From contig CM052816.1 in the NCBI GenBank assembly GCA_028534125.1, positions 53,570,001-53,634,000 on the forward strand: DNA of 64,000 nucleotides. Reading direction: 5' to 3'. Under the pieces are notes generated by a model. The model had not been told where the DNA came from. It saw only the letters and a list, made by a program, of their open reading frames with translations, and searched no databases. Numbering within the stretch: position 1 is the stretch's first letter; every line of letters begins with the position of its first letter. A program made the translations under genes and the position numbers. The DNA comes from Lama glama (taxonomy: Eukaryota). Shown one piece after another: positions 26,086 to 40,337 of the stretch.

Positions 26086-28494
26086 GATCTAATCACTGTG
26101 ATTTATTCAGGACTGGCTTATAATTTCACTTTCATCCATTTCGGCAAATTCAACTGTGTCAGCAAAAAAGAAAACAAGAAACTCAGACTTAAAGCTAAAT
26201 TTCCTCTCAGTTTTTCAAAACTACAAAAGATGGCAAGAGACCTGATCAGAAGCTTTCCAAGCTAATGTTTTAATACATCACAGCAGACTTTCTCTTTCCT
26301 TTGATTTTTTTCACACAAGATATCAGAAGATAATAATATGAAGATTAAAAAAAAACACTTAGAAAAAAAGGCACATTTATAATTCTGTCAAGGAAACCTA
26401 TGGGAAATTTACGAAGGCTATAGCAAAGATAGATTCGAGGAGAGAAAGAATTCATCTAGTTTGGCTCAAAACTAGATCTTTAATTATCTTATAATCCTCA
26501 GAACACCCTATGACTTAGATTCTATACCCTTTCTTTCACTGCTGAGAATACTAGCTCAGAGATATGAAAGTAATTTGCCCACAGCCATACAGCTAGTAAG
26601 TGACATGGTCAGGATTCAGTTTCAAATCTGACTCCAAAGGCCAAGTTCTTAGAAGAAAATCTAATAAAGGACACAAATTTATGTTTCAAACAATATTTCC
26701 TCAAAAGAAAAAGGCTGAATTAAACACTGCATTGCTCCACAAAACTTAATTAAAACACTCTTCAACAGCTCTACTTAATCCAATCAATATTATACACTAG
26801 ACTAGGCAACTTGATTAAACAAGAAAAGTCCCAAGATAGAGGCTATGAGAGGCCTTACCTTCGGAGAGTTAGATTTTTTTCCTACTCTGTACTTCTCAGA
26901 GCTACTGTAATCATATGAATTTAAAAGACACCAAGAACTTCACCTACCCGGAGAAATACTATAGTTTTTTATGTCCTAATCATTAAAAAAAAAAAAAAAA
27001 GGGTGGGGGAGGGACTACTAGGAATTTTTCAATAAATCATGATTTTGAAAACTTAATATTCATTTTTCACTGCAAATCAAGACAGTCTTATTCAAACCTG
27101 AAAGAGTCACACAACTAATTTTTATGGACCCAAATTACTCCTTAGTAAGTTAGAAACTGAAGCAAACACAATTAAGCAGATTTACCTCGTAACTTGAAAG
27201 TTAACAACCACATCTTAAGTTGCACTATCTGCCCATGTTAACACTAGCATTAAGTGCCAAAAAAAATTATTTCATTATCTAGCCCCTCTACATTCTAAAG
27301 AAAGAATTCTTTGGGGGAAAAAAACCCTTAATTTCTGAACATAGTATAATTTGGTAAAAATTTCATCCAGAAAATTAATGATCCATGTAAGGGACTTAAT
27401 ACAGAAAGCAAGAAACTCAGCCCAGTCAAAATCAAATTAAGAGATCTGGTCCTTTCTTTGTTATATTTCATATTGCCAGCAGCACTTCGAGCAGCTGCTG
27501 TGAGAAATCCTCTCACAGCATTATCCTTATTAAAGCCATGCATGGAATAGTTTTAGTTTAAGTTCTATAATTCCTGAGTAAACTTGGAACCATTAACCTC
27601 TGTGTCTGAACTTCCCCATCTATTAAATGAGGGCAGCAAACTATAACACATAAGCCTTCTGCCTTAGACTCTGCATTTAGGGAAACTGAGGCTACAATAG
27701 TGACCAATTCCTCCTTTTCCTTCAAGACAGCTCAGCCTGAATCACCTTCTCAGAAACCACCTTTCTCCTGCAATCTGAAAATCGTTCTATTCTTGTTTCT
27801 CTAGCATCAAAGCATTTAGTTGCACATTATGTCTCCCAACTAAAGTGTGGATTCTTTGACAAGAGGGAGTTCTCTTACCTTTGTATTCCTGGTGACTATC
27901 ACAGTGACTGATTCACTTTCAGAGCTCCATATACGTTTGGCTACACAAATAATCTGACCTTATTCCATCTTCAATGGTAACAAATCTCTCTAAGACAACT
28001 GAATTTAAAACTCTTTATTTAATCTCAAATACAGTGGCAGCAATTTAAGTAACTACAGAGATCTTTTCAAACTGGCAAACTCTACAATTTAAATATAATG
28101 GTTGATAAAGACTGAGAATATGCTTTGCTTGTTTTTCAAACCAGGCCACTAGACCCACTCAGTCACATTAACCATCTAGCTAAAACAACAGAAATTAGTC
28201 CACTGGCCAAAGAATTAGATGGTCCATGGCATATGCTGTGAGATACCACTAAAGTAAAGGGGTCCTACTATTTCAAATTGCTTATTTATTATGTGGCACC
28301 GTATTTGAGCTACATGAACCACACAAAAGCCAGTTAAAAGATAATATGTCTAAAGATAGAGCAATGTCAAGAAACCAAATGACTTTTTAAACCAATCAAC
28401 AGGATAACAAACTAAACATTTAGATAGTACCAAAATGTCTTACATCTATAATAAATTCTTAAAGATTTAAAATGTAACTTTAGACAACCAATAC

Positions 28495-29590
28495 CTCTGA
28501 CCATTTACAAAAATTCACTCAAAATAAATCAAAGTGCTAAACACATGCACATACTCATAGAAGAAAACACAGGAATAAATCTTCATGACCTCAGGTTAGG
28601 CAATGGCCTCTTAGATATGACACCAAGCACACACGCGACAAAAGAAAAAAATAAGTAATTGGACTTCATCAAAACTAAAAACCTTCCTGCCATAAAATAC
28701 ACCAAGAAAGTAAAAAGATAACCTACAAAACTGGAGAAAACTTTCACATATTATATACTTGATAAGTGACTTGTATCTAAAATACATGAACAACTCTAAC
28801 TCAATTAGAAAAAGACACAATTTTAAAATGCGCAAAGGATCTGAATAGAAGTTCTCTAAAGAAAATATACAAATGGCCAAAAGGCATATATGGAAAGATA
28901 CTCAACATCATTAGCTACCAGGGAAATGCAAACCATAATGGGATACCACTTCATACCATCAGAATGGCTATAATCAAAAAGATAAAAAGTACTGGCAAGG
29001 ATGTTAAAAAACCAGAATCCTCATACTCTGCTGGTACAGTCATTTTGGAAAATACTTTAGCAGTTACCAAATGATCTAGCAATTCTACTCCTAGGTATGT
29101 ATGTATATGCCCACATAAAAACATGTACACAAATATTCATAGCAGCATTATTCCTAACAGCCATAAGTGGGAAACAATCCAAATTTATATTAACTAATGA
29201 ACACACAAATGAAATGTGGTATGTCCATGCAATGGAATTATAATTTGGCAATAAAAAGAAGTGAAGTCCTAATACATGCTATAACATGGATAAACCTTAA
29301 ATACATGATGCTATATGAAAGCTGCCAGTCATAAGACACTACATGTCGTATGATTCCATTTATATGAAATGTCCAGAAAGCATGTCAGTGGCTGCCTAGT
29401 GCTGAAGTTGGAAGGAAAATGGAGAATGGCTGTAAAGGGTACAGGGTTTCTTTTTGGAGTGGTGAAAACGTTCTAAAACTGATAGCAGCGATGATAACAC
29501 AACTGTGAATATACTAAAAATCACTTCGTACCCTTTAAATGGGTGAACTGTATGGTATATGAATTACATCTCAAAGTTGTGTTAAAAAAA
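28495..29590 (+). mobile_element. Old L1 (L1MB-like) 3' portion
   Basis: ORF2 end ('ttggacttcatcaaaactaaaaac', 'gggaaatgcaaac') and 3' UTR ending 'tatggtatatgaattacatctcaa...aaaaaaa'. Confidence 0.88.
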
Positions 29591-30517
29591 AGATAATTAG
29601 ATGTAACATTTCTTGGAAGAATGTTAACAACCAACTATAAATCCATATGTCTTCAAAATCTAAATGCCAAATCACTCACTGCCCTCGGTAAATACAGAAA
29701 TGCTCATTAAGAAGTAAAAAGGGATAGAGTAGGGGGATTAGCAATCAGAGACTACACTGACATCAGAGTTTGAATACTTAAAAACTGGATACTTTATTTT
29801 AGCATCCTATTATATGGAATCACGAAAATTTCCCCTGAAATTTGAGAAGTTATGCAGCTAAAAGAGCTATGTGCCCCAATATTAACGCACTAAAATATAC
29901 AGACATAAAAAGAAAAAGGTTGATCACAAAGAAAAGGAAAATATTTGGTCATATGTCTGTTCAACTGACCAGTGAGTTCAAGTGACCACTAGTGAATGAG
30001 CCACTGAATTCATATCCTAGGGTTGGGAGAACCTCCCTTATTTTTAGTACTCTTATGAAATTTTTCCACCAAAAAAAAGTTTTCTTTATCATACATAGTG
30101 GTTCTCTACCAAGATTGAGTTTTCTGTCATTCTCCTTTAATATATTAAATATTGAAATAGCAAAACAATTACCACTAAATGCAGCAAGCAGAGACCTATG
30201 AACAAATTTTAAAAGGTCTCAGTATTTTTGTCATATTATAGGTAGTCAACTTTTACATGTAGTTTTTCCATCTCAGAGCAAAATGTATGTTTCATAGAAC
30301 ATTTTCTTATGAAAGGAATTCTGGCTAAACAAATAACCCATTCTTGTTAACTTCGTGGTTAAGCTCTTCAGACCAGCAGTTAAAATCATAGCACCACAAA
30401 AGCCAAGCATTCTCTACAACAATATATGCAAGGGGATAAAATGTTCATAGTTTCAACTGTGACACCAGGTATTCATTTTCTGCTAGCTTCCCATGACTTC
30501 AAAAAGCAATCATAATG

Positions 30518-30618
30518 AAAATTTGACAATGAGTATACGTATGTTCATGTATAACTGAAAAATTGTGCTCTACACTAGAATTTGATACAACGTAAAATGA
30601 CTATAACTCAATTTTTTA
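30518..30618 (+). mobile_element. Short (101 bp) young L1 3'-end insertion
   Basis: Perfect 17-bp TSD aaaaagcaatcataatg (30501-30517 and 30619-30635). Ends in 'gtaaaatgactataactcaat', the same string as in the 21261 insertion. Confidence 0.85.
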
Positions 30619-30658
30619 AAAAAGCAATCATAATGGTAACTTTAAAAACTGCTAGACT

Positions 30659-31450
30659 AGAGAAATGCAAATCAAAACTAGAATTATATATCACCTCACA
30701 CCAGTCAGAATGGCCATCATTAAAAAATCCACAAACAATAAATGCTGGAGAGGGTATGGAGAAAAGGGGACCCTCCTACACTGTTGGTGGGAATATAGTT
30801 TGGTGCAGCCACTATGGAAAATAGTATGGAGATTCCTCAAAAAACTAAAAATAGACCTATCATATGATCCAGCAATCCCACTCCTCAACAAATAACCAGA
30901 GAAACTAATTCAAAAAGATACATGCACCCCAATGTTCACAGCAGTATTGGTTACAATAGCCAAGAAATGGAAGCAACCTAAATGTCCATCGACAGATGAC
31001 TGGATAAAGATGTGGTAATGTATATAATAAAATACTACTCAGCTGTAAAGAAGAATAAAATAAAGCCATTTGCAGCAACATGGATGGACTTAGAGATTAT
31101 TATACTAAGTAAGCCAGAAAGACAAATACCATATGCTATCACTCATATGTAGAATCTAAAAAAATTAGACAAATGAGCTTATTTACAAAAGAGACTCACA
31201 GACACAGAAAACAAACATGCTTACTGTGCAGAAAAGGGAGGGGGAAATTGGGAGTTTGGGATTTGCAGATACTACCTACTATACATAAAATAGACAACAA
31301 GGTCCTATGGTATAGCACAAAGAACAAGATATATTCAATATCTTGCAGTAACCTATAATGAAAAAGAATATATATATAACTGAGTCACCATGCTGTACAC
31401 CAGAGAGGAACACAATATTGTAAATCAACCTATACCTCAATTTAAAAAAA
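30659..31450 (+). mobile_element. 5'-truncated L1 (ORF2 C-terminus plus 3' UTR)
   Basis: ORF 30665-30895 reads [38 protein letters not shown], the L1 ORF2 cysteine-rich end. 3' UTR similar to 19000-19330. Confidence 0.93.
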
Positions 31451-33221
31451 GACTAATAGACTCAAATATAATAAAAAAACCACTGGATATCCTTTTCAAA
31501 AATAACCAATATTAAACAATCAAGTGCACAACTTTCCAACATTTAAACAAAACTTTCATCACAAGTGATTTGTCATAAAAATAAAATGAGCTTTCATTAT
31601 TACTCTCAGTTCAAGTTGTGATATATAATAGCCTCTAAAATTTCCAAGCTTTGTAAGACAACCAGTAATTTCTATGTTTTGTTTTCGTTGCTATTTCTGT
31701 TAATACCAAAAAGTTTAAAAGTTAATAAAAATTAGAGTCTGCTTTAGAAAATACAGGCACAATTTAGGGATGAAATAAAGAAGAATAAATAATCACATGT
31801 TACAACCAAAGATAATGTTGCACCATTATTTATTTCCTTTTATCTGTTATTTTAAGAGCTTCCTATCTTTGTTTTATCAAATGCTGAACTCCTGGAACTA
31901 TAACAAATGTAAAAAAAACCCAACAACAACAAATAAATACCAAAGGTAGAAAAATTAAGCAGTTTGCCTAAGATCACCTAGTTAGGTAGAGAAGCAAACC
32001 TAGGTTGCCTGGTTCCAGAGCTACCCTTTTACCTACTCCACCAGACAAATGGAAGACAAACCTCCCTAAACTTCATTAACTCCTTCCTCTGAAGAACACA
32101 GAAATGTTTGTCAGCAATATATATATAGTTCACAGAACATTTTCTTACGCTCTCAAGTCTAAATGGTCGTTAAGTTCCCCTGAGATTCAAATATAAACAT
32201 CCCTATAAAAATTTTTTTAATCAAGTAGAAAAGGCATGTAACACATCTTTGATGCTTAGAGAATACATTAATTTACATTTTTACAATACACTACTTACTT
32301 GTAAGCAATGCACTTAAATTTATGACTATTTGAGATGCCAAAAGTTAGGCATGCTAGGCCATAAATAAAACCACAAGACCAGGTAGATCAACCTAAAACA
32401 AGCAGCAGCAGCTTCAGGAAAACTGCTAAATGGTAGTAAAATTACATTAGGATACCAGTCCCTGCCATGATTGGCCAATGCTCTTGATGCTCTTTTCCTG
32501 CCACCTACTAACTTCCATATATATTCCAAATCACTACATGAGGATTCCCACGGATAAAATGACTGCCAGTAGCAAGTATAAACTCTGCTTTTGCTTATGC
32601 GAAAGTGGGAACTTCCAGCATTTATTGTGTATATATTGTTTCTATCTTAAGTGTTGTTTTAACTAAGTGTGATAAGCAAAAATCTTTAATAACTTCATAT
32701 ACTAAATCAGTTGCACTCAAATGTCTAATTTTTTCTTCTATTATCAAGTTAAATTATCAGTGTATACCTATCACAAATCCCTTCTTCCTAGTTCGATCTC
32801 ACCAATACTCAAAACGCACACTTTATAATATACACCTATCCCTTGCTTTATTTGTTTAAGAGGTTCCACTATTTTTGCTGATATGCAAAAAAAATTCAGC
32901 AATTAATTCATCTGTACTCTGTGAAATAAATAGAAGTGTTTCTTTTAAAGAAAAGAAAAAGCATCAAGTTGGTAATGGTGATGTACTCACAATTACATTC
33001 TAAAAACAAATTTAAAACCCATTATTACACTATTTTTAAAAAATCTGAAACAAGCAGAGATTAGGAGCAGTTGCAACACTAGGTCTGGCAATTTGGGAAG
33101 CTGGGCAAGCTAACATATTTACTCTAAGGACATTTATTAGGTATTTCGGAGCTATTGTGCATAAAACATGAAGGACTTTTTAAACTAACATACTTCATTT
33201 CTTTTGCAAAAACACAGATTA

Positions 33222-34110
33222 AGAATAGAGATTTTCAATGAGGGTGCCAAGATAATTCAAAGGGGAAGGAACAGTCTGTTCAACAAATGGTGCTGGAACA
33301 ACTGGATATTCATTCAAAAGAATGAAGTTTGACCTTACTTCACTCCATACAAAAATTAATTCAAAATGAATCATAAACTTAAATGTAAGAGCTAAAACTA
33401 TAAAACTAAGAAAACATGGGGTAAATCTTCACTACCTCAGATTTGGCAAGGGATTCTTAGATACAATATCAAAACACAAGCCACAAAATACAGATAATTT
33501 AGACCTAATCAGAACTTAGAACTTTCGTGCTTCAAAGGACATTAACAAGAAGTAAAAAGATAACTGACAAACTGGGAGAAAATATGTGTGAATCATATCT
33601 GGACAAAGGACTTATATCCATAATACACAAAAACTTCTTTCAACTCAATGATAAAAAGACAAATAACCCAATTTTAAAATAAGCAAAAGATCTGAATAGA
33701 CATTTCTCCAAAGATGATTTTCAAATGACCAATAAGCAAGTAAACATACATTTAACATCATAGTCATCTGGGGAATGCAAATCAAAACCAAAATGAGATA
33801 CTTCACACCCACTAGAATGGTTAGAACTATAAACAGGTAACAACAATTGTTGACCGGGATGTAGAGAAAGTGGAACCCTCATACACCACCAGCAGGAATA
33901 TAAAATGGTGCAGTCACTTTGGAAAAGGGTCTGGCAGTTCCTCAAATGATTCAATGTAGTTATCATTAAGACCCAGAGACTACGCTGAGGTGCTTTCCCA
34001 AGAGAAATTAAAACAAGTGTTCAAAAAAAAAAAACTTGTATACTGGTGTTTATAGCAGTATTATTCAAAATAGTCAACAGGTGGAAACAACCCAAGTACA
34101 TCAACTGATC
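33222..34110 (+). mobile_element. Old L1 ORF2 3' fragment
   Basis: 'caacaaatggtgctggaacaactggatat', 'gggaatgcaaatcaaaaccaaaatgagatac', 'aaaatggtgcagtcactttggaaaa'. Confidence 0.88.
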
Positions 34111-36169
34111 AATAGGCATTACTACTTCTTAAAAGCACCCAAAGCCAAATGCTAGAGAGAAGGAAATTATTGGACTGCTCTCTGTATACATGTAGTATAC
34201 AAGGACTTCTTATGGTATTTCTTGCACTGGGAATGGGAACAGGGTCTCCAACACCAGTCTACAATATCAAGTTAGAAGCTAAAGGCCAGTACAGGCTGCC
34301 TTTTCTCTTGCAGTTCAAGAGCAGCTCTAGTAAGGGACTGGAATTCTAGAAAATTACTTCAGAAGCCCTGGTCAGATGATTCCCACTCCAGTGCTTCATG
34401 ATTAAGATAATTTGCCTCTTTTCTCATATCTTTCCATGGTTATTCCCACTACAACTACCTGCCTTTCCCCTGTGCTCTTAGTTTACATTTCTGCAAAAGA
34501 CAGCTCAGTTAACTATTACTGTTCTAGTTGGGGCAAAATTTCAGACCAAGCGACTTATCTGATCAGCCCAAAGGCTGGCTCTGCTGGGCCAGGTGCCTTC
34601 AATAAAATCAGTCCGCTAAGGCCAGCATACCAAGGGTCACACAATAAAGGACATGACCACCCAAATGTAAGCAATCACTTAAGGGTGCTCCCTCCATAGA
34701 TGCTGGGGCTCAGATCATAGCATTCCAGAACATGAACCCTCTTCTCTGAGACAATCAGACTCAATCCCAATATCCAATAGATTAAAACATGAGAGAATTT
34801 ATACATTCACAAAATGGTACAAAAATGTAACGATTACAGAGTTTCAAAGTAGAAACTCTGAGAGGTTAGCTCTTGGCATCTCTAATGCTTGAATTCCTTC
34901 AAGTGCTCTTCTAATAGTTTCAAATTTATGTTAGGACAAAAATCTAGTTTCAAGTAAACTCTGCCTATTAGCCTTATTTTTTTCCCCTGAAGCAAGAATA
35001 GATTTATTCAGACAACCAAGAACCCTTCAAGTATCCGAATATCTCAGACTTTCCTTTAGCCTTCTGTAGACAAAACCCACTGAGTAAATTTGTATTATGC
35101 TTCCTAGGACTTGATTTCAGACCACTGTCATTCTGACCCCTTAGATACAACCTATCTTTTTCAAACCACTCTTCTAATATGCACTTGGAATTGAAGACAA
35201 CACCCATGAAAAAGACAAGAACAAAATATTACAGATTCATTTTTAAGAACTGGTCACTAACTTCATTAGTCTAATATAATTTTTTCAGGAACTATAAAAT
35301 ACTATGATTCCTATTAAGAAAATATCCAGCAAGTTTCCTGGATCTGCATTCAACACTACTAAATATTAACTGTACTCCAAAAAAAAAACTTTTTGGGGAG
35401 CAGTATCAGCAAAACAACAGTTTACAGTCAGAACTTTTCAGAATCACCATCATCTCTATTATAATTACTGTTAAAGCCATGGGACCAAAATACAATCATG
35501 TGCAAATATTAGTTTTGTCATACAGCATTTGTGAGACGTACCTCACCCACACTAGCAGTCTACCACTGTACCTACCTGAGAGCTTTCACTGGCCATAGGA
35601 GACATCCAACCTAGACAAAAGGTTTTCAGATACCCAAGAGTGTTCATCCACAGCACTCTGACACTCTACCCTAAAGAAGACTGTCTTCAAAAACAATCAC
35701 TGATGTGTTTTAAGGGATAGTTCGAACCCTGATAAGATTAACAAATTGGTAAGTCAGCTGCACCAGCTTGGACTAAAAAACAGACATTTCAAATTGAAAA
35801 GAGATTTCTGGGCTCCCAATTTTCAATGGGAAGGAAGTAGACTGAAAATACAACTCAGTTACAAACTGGGATAATTTATAGAAAAGGAAGACTTCTCAGG
35901 GGGTGGAGCCAAAAGCAGAAGAAAATAAAAAAAGATTTTCAAGGTAGCAGAATTGGGTCTTGGTCAAGGAACACTCATTGCCCACAAAGCAGGGGATTCT
36001 GACTAATAAGCCTGGCTGGATTTCAGAGGTTTGCTATATGGTACAGAAACTGCTACACACCTCCCACACCTCTCTTATTTGGATGGAAGTTCTAATGAGG
36101 TTATCCTGTACCTGTCTTACCATTTTATGCTGAGTTAATCTTTTCAATTCCTAGACCTATATCAAGAGA

Positions 36170-36751
36170 GACACAGCTCCTTCCATCAAGTGAAGTCGAA
36201 TCCTCCTCACTCCTTTTTTTAATCTGGGCTGGTTTTGTGGCTTGTTTTGACTAACAGGAAGTAGCAAAAGTGAAATGACTCAAGAAGCCTTGTGGCTTTC
36301 ACTCTTGTCCTCTTGGAGCACTGCTGCCATCAGGTAAAAAGCCCAGGCTATTCCTAGAAGAAAGGCCACATGAAAGAACCAATTGCTGCCCCTACCAACA
36401 GCCCCACGTAATTGCCAGATATTTGAGGCTAACTTAAACCACCCAGCCCTACCTAGTCAAACTGCTAGATGTTTGAAGCCACATGAGTTGACTCCAGACA
36501 GTAACATTTAAAAACAAACTGCCCAGCTGAATCTAGCTCAAATAGCAGAATACTGAGAAAATAATTGTTGTTTTAAGCCACTACATTTTGGGATTACAGT
36601 CGTCCCCTGGTAGAAGCAGGGGATTGGTGCCAGCAGCCCTCTCGGATACCAAAATCTGCAGATGCTCTAGTCCCTTATATAAACTGGTGTAGTGCCCTCC
36701 GTATCTGTGGATTTTACATATATTTGTATATAGCAATAGATAACTAAGACA
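36170..36751 (+). mobile_element. MaLR LTR (MLT1H/J-like) interrupted near its 3' end by a MER2-like TcMar MITE (about 36597-36720)
   Basis: The MLT1 end 'ttgttgttttaagccactacattttggg...tagcaatagataactaagaca' is split by 'tacagtcgtcccctgg...ggataccaaaatctgcagatgctctagtcccttatataaa'. Confidence 0.65.
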
Positions 36752-37539
36752 GATGTAAATAAAATAATGATGCATCTCAATTTAATGAAATAAAACCAGT
36801 AGCTCGATAAGCACCTTTAAGAAAAAACAACCTGAGGAAGAGTAGAAATTCATGCAGTTGGCATGAACATAAAATACCATACACCATAAATTACTACCTC
36901 TGTGTTCTAGATGGATGCTGAAAGATAGTTTGCAGAGTTAGACTATCACAGGAAAAATCCTTTCCTAGCGCTATCCAACCTCCAGTCTTAAATTTCAAAT
37001 GGGTAAGGGATGAGTGATGTCTATTTATTGTAAATGAAAACAAAATGGATAACATCCTTGAATTATGGGCCTCTTTTTAATGACAAAGTCTTCAACATTC
37101 AACTTCAAATAAACTTTTAGAATACCACTGATATTACCACTACCAAACAATAATATAAATGAGGACACTGAATTGAAGGCCATTTTAACAAGATTATTTC
37201 AATAAAGTAGAATTAATTTTTGAGGCCAAAATAAAATGGACAATGTACTCAATTTTAATATAGCGGTTTTTTTTATTAGGGAGGAAACGTGTGTTAACAA
37301 ATCACTCAAACTCAGGCAACCTGGGTCTAGTCTGGCAGGGTGAGCTAGGACAAAGAACTTAATTCTTTTTCACTTTGATTCCTCAACAATGATCCACCTA
37401 ACAGCTACTACTAGCACTCTAGAAGATTCAAAGAGAACATGAACTTCACCTAATTAATAAGCTAAGAATAATGTGGTTAGCTATAATTACAGTTTCTTGA
37501 ATTATTATTAATACTATTTATTATTATCTAATTAAAGCC

Positions 37540-37750
37540 ACCATGCACTGAGCACTTATACATATGCTAAATCTATGTTCCCCTAAAGATATTAACAATC
37601 CTATGGAGAAGGTATTATTACTCTATTTTACATAATAGTAAACTGAGTTATAGAAAGGCTAAGTAACTTTCCAAGGTCTCACAGCTGGTCAGTGACAAAG
37701 CCAAAATCAAATGCAGGTTTGTTGTTTTAAAGTCTTGGTCCACAACTTTC
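37540..37750 (-). mobile_element. MIR SINE (one of several MIR fragments in the window)
   Basis: MIR core 'ggtattattactctattttaca..aaactgag..agaaaggctaagtaactttccaaggtctcacagctggtcagtgacaaagcc'. Confidence 0.75.
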
Positions 37751-40162
37751 AAATATGAGACGAGTGTCTGAAGTCCAAGTTCCAAATACAAAACAAGAAT
37801 TTTACTGGCAGAAATGCAAATGGAGGCATATACTGGGCCATCCGAAATGAACCACGAATCACGTGACCTAACTTCTAATGTAAATTCTACACTACCTAAA
37901 GCTGTATGTAAGACAATGGGCAAGTTAGCAAATTAGCTAGCAATGGAAATCAGTTTTTAATCAAGAAGAAATTAGGATGGTCGCCAAATGTGAAATACAT
38001 ATTTGAAAACATGAACTTTACTTTTAAATATTGGAACATTTTAAATATTGAAAATAAGAACAGATTTGAAAAGAAGGATAATGATAAGATAACACAAAGA
38101 TGAATTAGAAACTTTTTATTTAAGTAGAGAGGACCAGAAATGCTATTTCAAAAATCACATTTACATAGAAGGAAACCAATAGTAGAAAGAACAGTCTACA
38201 AATGTAAATCTTTACTTTGAGAAGAGGAAGGGTAGCTGAACTTAAATGGAAAGATAAAAGGTCAGATACACCGTGTGGAGAGTCACCGAAAATAGGGAAA
38301 GCTCATAAACAGGAAACGTGTACAACCAAGACTTCTTTAGGCCTAAATTATCCATCCTTTGAAGCATTTTATGAACCTAAATAATCACTGTCCTCTGAGT
38401 GCATCCACTTATAAAGAACAAAAAAGGTTTATAATTTTACGCTACAATGAATGAGTATTTAAACCTACTTTTGGGTTTAGAATTACTACAGCAACCTTAT
38501 ATGCAGAAGAAGTGTCACGGCAACATTAGATGTCACAAAAGAGCAGTTATGTCTTGCTCTTACAAGAGAACCAGATATAAAAAATGATCCAGGAAATGGA
38601 ATGACCAAATAGAAAATAGCCAAACTGTCAGATGCTGAATAAAACAGCATCAATGAATTACCTGAATTAACTTATAAGTTCTTTATGCTACACCTTCAAA
38701 ATATTCTAAAATAACACCTATCTGGCAAGTTACAAAATGTCTCTTTAGAATGTCTATGATTTAAGAATCATCTAATTCTCCACAAGCTGTAATGATGGAA
38801 TACTAAATACTAAACTTCTGGGGGAGAAAAAATTCTCCAAGTACAATCATTTCATCTTTAAAGTTTCAGGCCAGTTGTATGGAATTTTCTTAAGTGACAT
38901 TAGAGGCAAAGGAATAGTTGACTGAGTCTATTCATTTCTACAGAGTCAGTCAAGCTGTCAATAACAACCAGAATCATTTCATTAACATAACCCTCCAAGA
39001 AATATCAGACTAACAATCAGAAGAGGGATACTTTTCCTCTTCCAGGATTCTTAATAAGAGAGAAAACCAGGAGTAAAAAAGAGATGTAAACTCAACAAGC
39101 CAGGAGTGAAATTTGTGTGACCACAAATTACGTATCCAGGGGAATATCCAGAGGAAATTAACCAACCAACTTCAACCAACAGTCGGATACAAACGACACG
39201 TGCAAAGCAACTGAGCTCATTAAGAAACCCGGAGTGGTACTTTTAAAAAGATATTTATATGTTGTATTAATTTAAGTGCAGATAATGAACATCTCAGCCG
39301 CCTTCGTTTGCCCATTTCTATGCCAAGCCCTTTCGAAGCTGGGTTGATAAGGTCGCCTCCAAGAAGGAAAGGCGCTCATGTGGGAAATGGTATCCTCATA
39401 CAGCCCAGAGAACCGCTGACGCACCAGGAGCTTGGAAAATATACCGTCGCTTACATTGCTAAGAGCAGTTAGGTAGGAAAATGATCGTCCACGTGCACTA
39501 TTGTTTTCCAGGTGTGTTCACTTATATTTAACTTATGCTTTGATATCACTACCTTCAACCTCAGGCAAATGGTGGGGAGGAGGGATGGCAGCGCCGCTGG
39601 TGGTATCTGGGTGCAACACAAGTTTAAAAAACAAAAACACCACCTTTTTTTTTTTAACTGCAGCGTTCCGGGGGCCCTCACCTCTCCTCCGTACCTCTGC
39701 CATCACCCCCGCGCGGCTCTCCGCTGCCGCCGCCGCCTCGGATCCCCATGACAACGCCCCCCCCAGGGTGACCCCCCCCCCACCTTCGCCGCGTCCCGGT
39801 CCGCGTCCCGGCCCGGCCCGCCACACTTGCTAGACAGGTGACAATTCCACCTGCCCGGGGCTCTCACTCTCCCCGCTCCCGAGAGGGGGGCCAGGAACCC
39901 CCAGCCCCGGGCCAGGGCACGACCCTCTCCAGTCAGGGACATGGCGAAAGGCGGCCGGGGAGCTGAGGAGGTTCCACTCCGACCTCCAAACGAGTGACGC
40001 GGGGGCCGAGGCGCGACCCCCAAAAGGAGTGCGGCGACCCCGACCTCTGTCTAGGCGGCTGAGGGGGGCCGAGTGGCGGGCGCAGTGGGCGCGAAGGAAC
40101 TTGTCCGTTTAAACAAACAACGACGCACCACGGCAGCGGGAGATACCGGGGACCAGGCTCAC

Positions 40163-40219
40163 CTTGAAGGGGTTGTTGAGATCCGGGTCGGCAAACGGGT
40201 TACTGTCAAAATCCGACAT
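40163..40219 (-). CDS. SCAMP1: SCAMP1 (secretory carrier-associated membrane protein 1), coding part of exon 1
   Basis: Minus-strand ATG at 40219 reads MSDFDSNPFADPDLNNPFK, the SCAMP1 N-terminus with two NPF motifs. It is followed by a canonical donor AAG|GTGAGC (GT at 40162-40161). 57 nt, phase 0, inside a CpG island. Confidence 0.97.
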
Positions 40220-40298
40220 CTCGCGCTCGGCGTCACCCACCCGACCCAGGCGCAGAGAGAGAGACGAGGCGAGGCCGCCGCCCCCCTGCGCGCTCACG

Positions 40299-40300
<2 letters not shown>

Positions 40301-40337
<37 letters not shown>
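40301..40337 (-). repeat. (CGG)12 trinucleotide repeat in the probable SCAMP1 5' UTR
   Basis: Plus strand reads 12 uninterrupted GCC units (40301-40336), about 80 nt upstream of the SCAMP1 ATG. Confidence 0.95.

Larger units (their letters stand above)
14976..40162 (-). other. SCAMP1: SCAMP1 intron 1 (25,187 bp, GT-AG, phase 0)
   Basis: Defined by the exon 1 donor and exon 2 acceptor. No further SCAMP1 coding sequence is needed between them. Confidence 0.92.
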
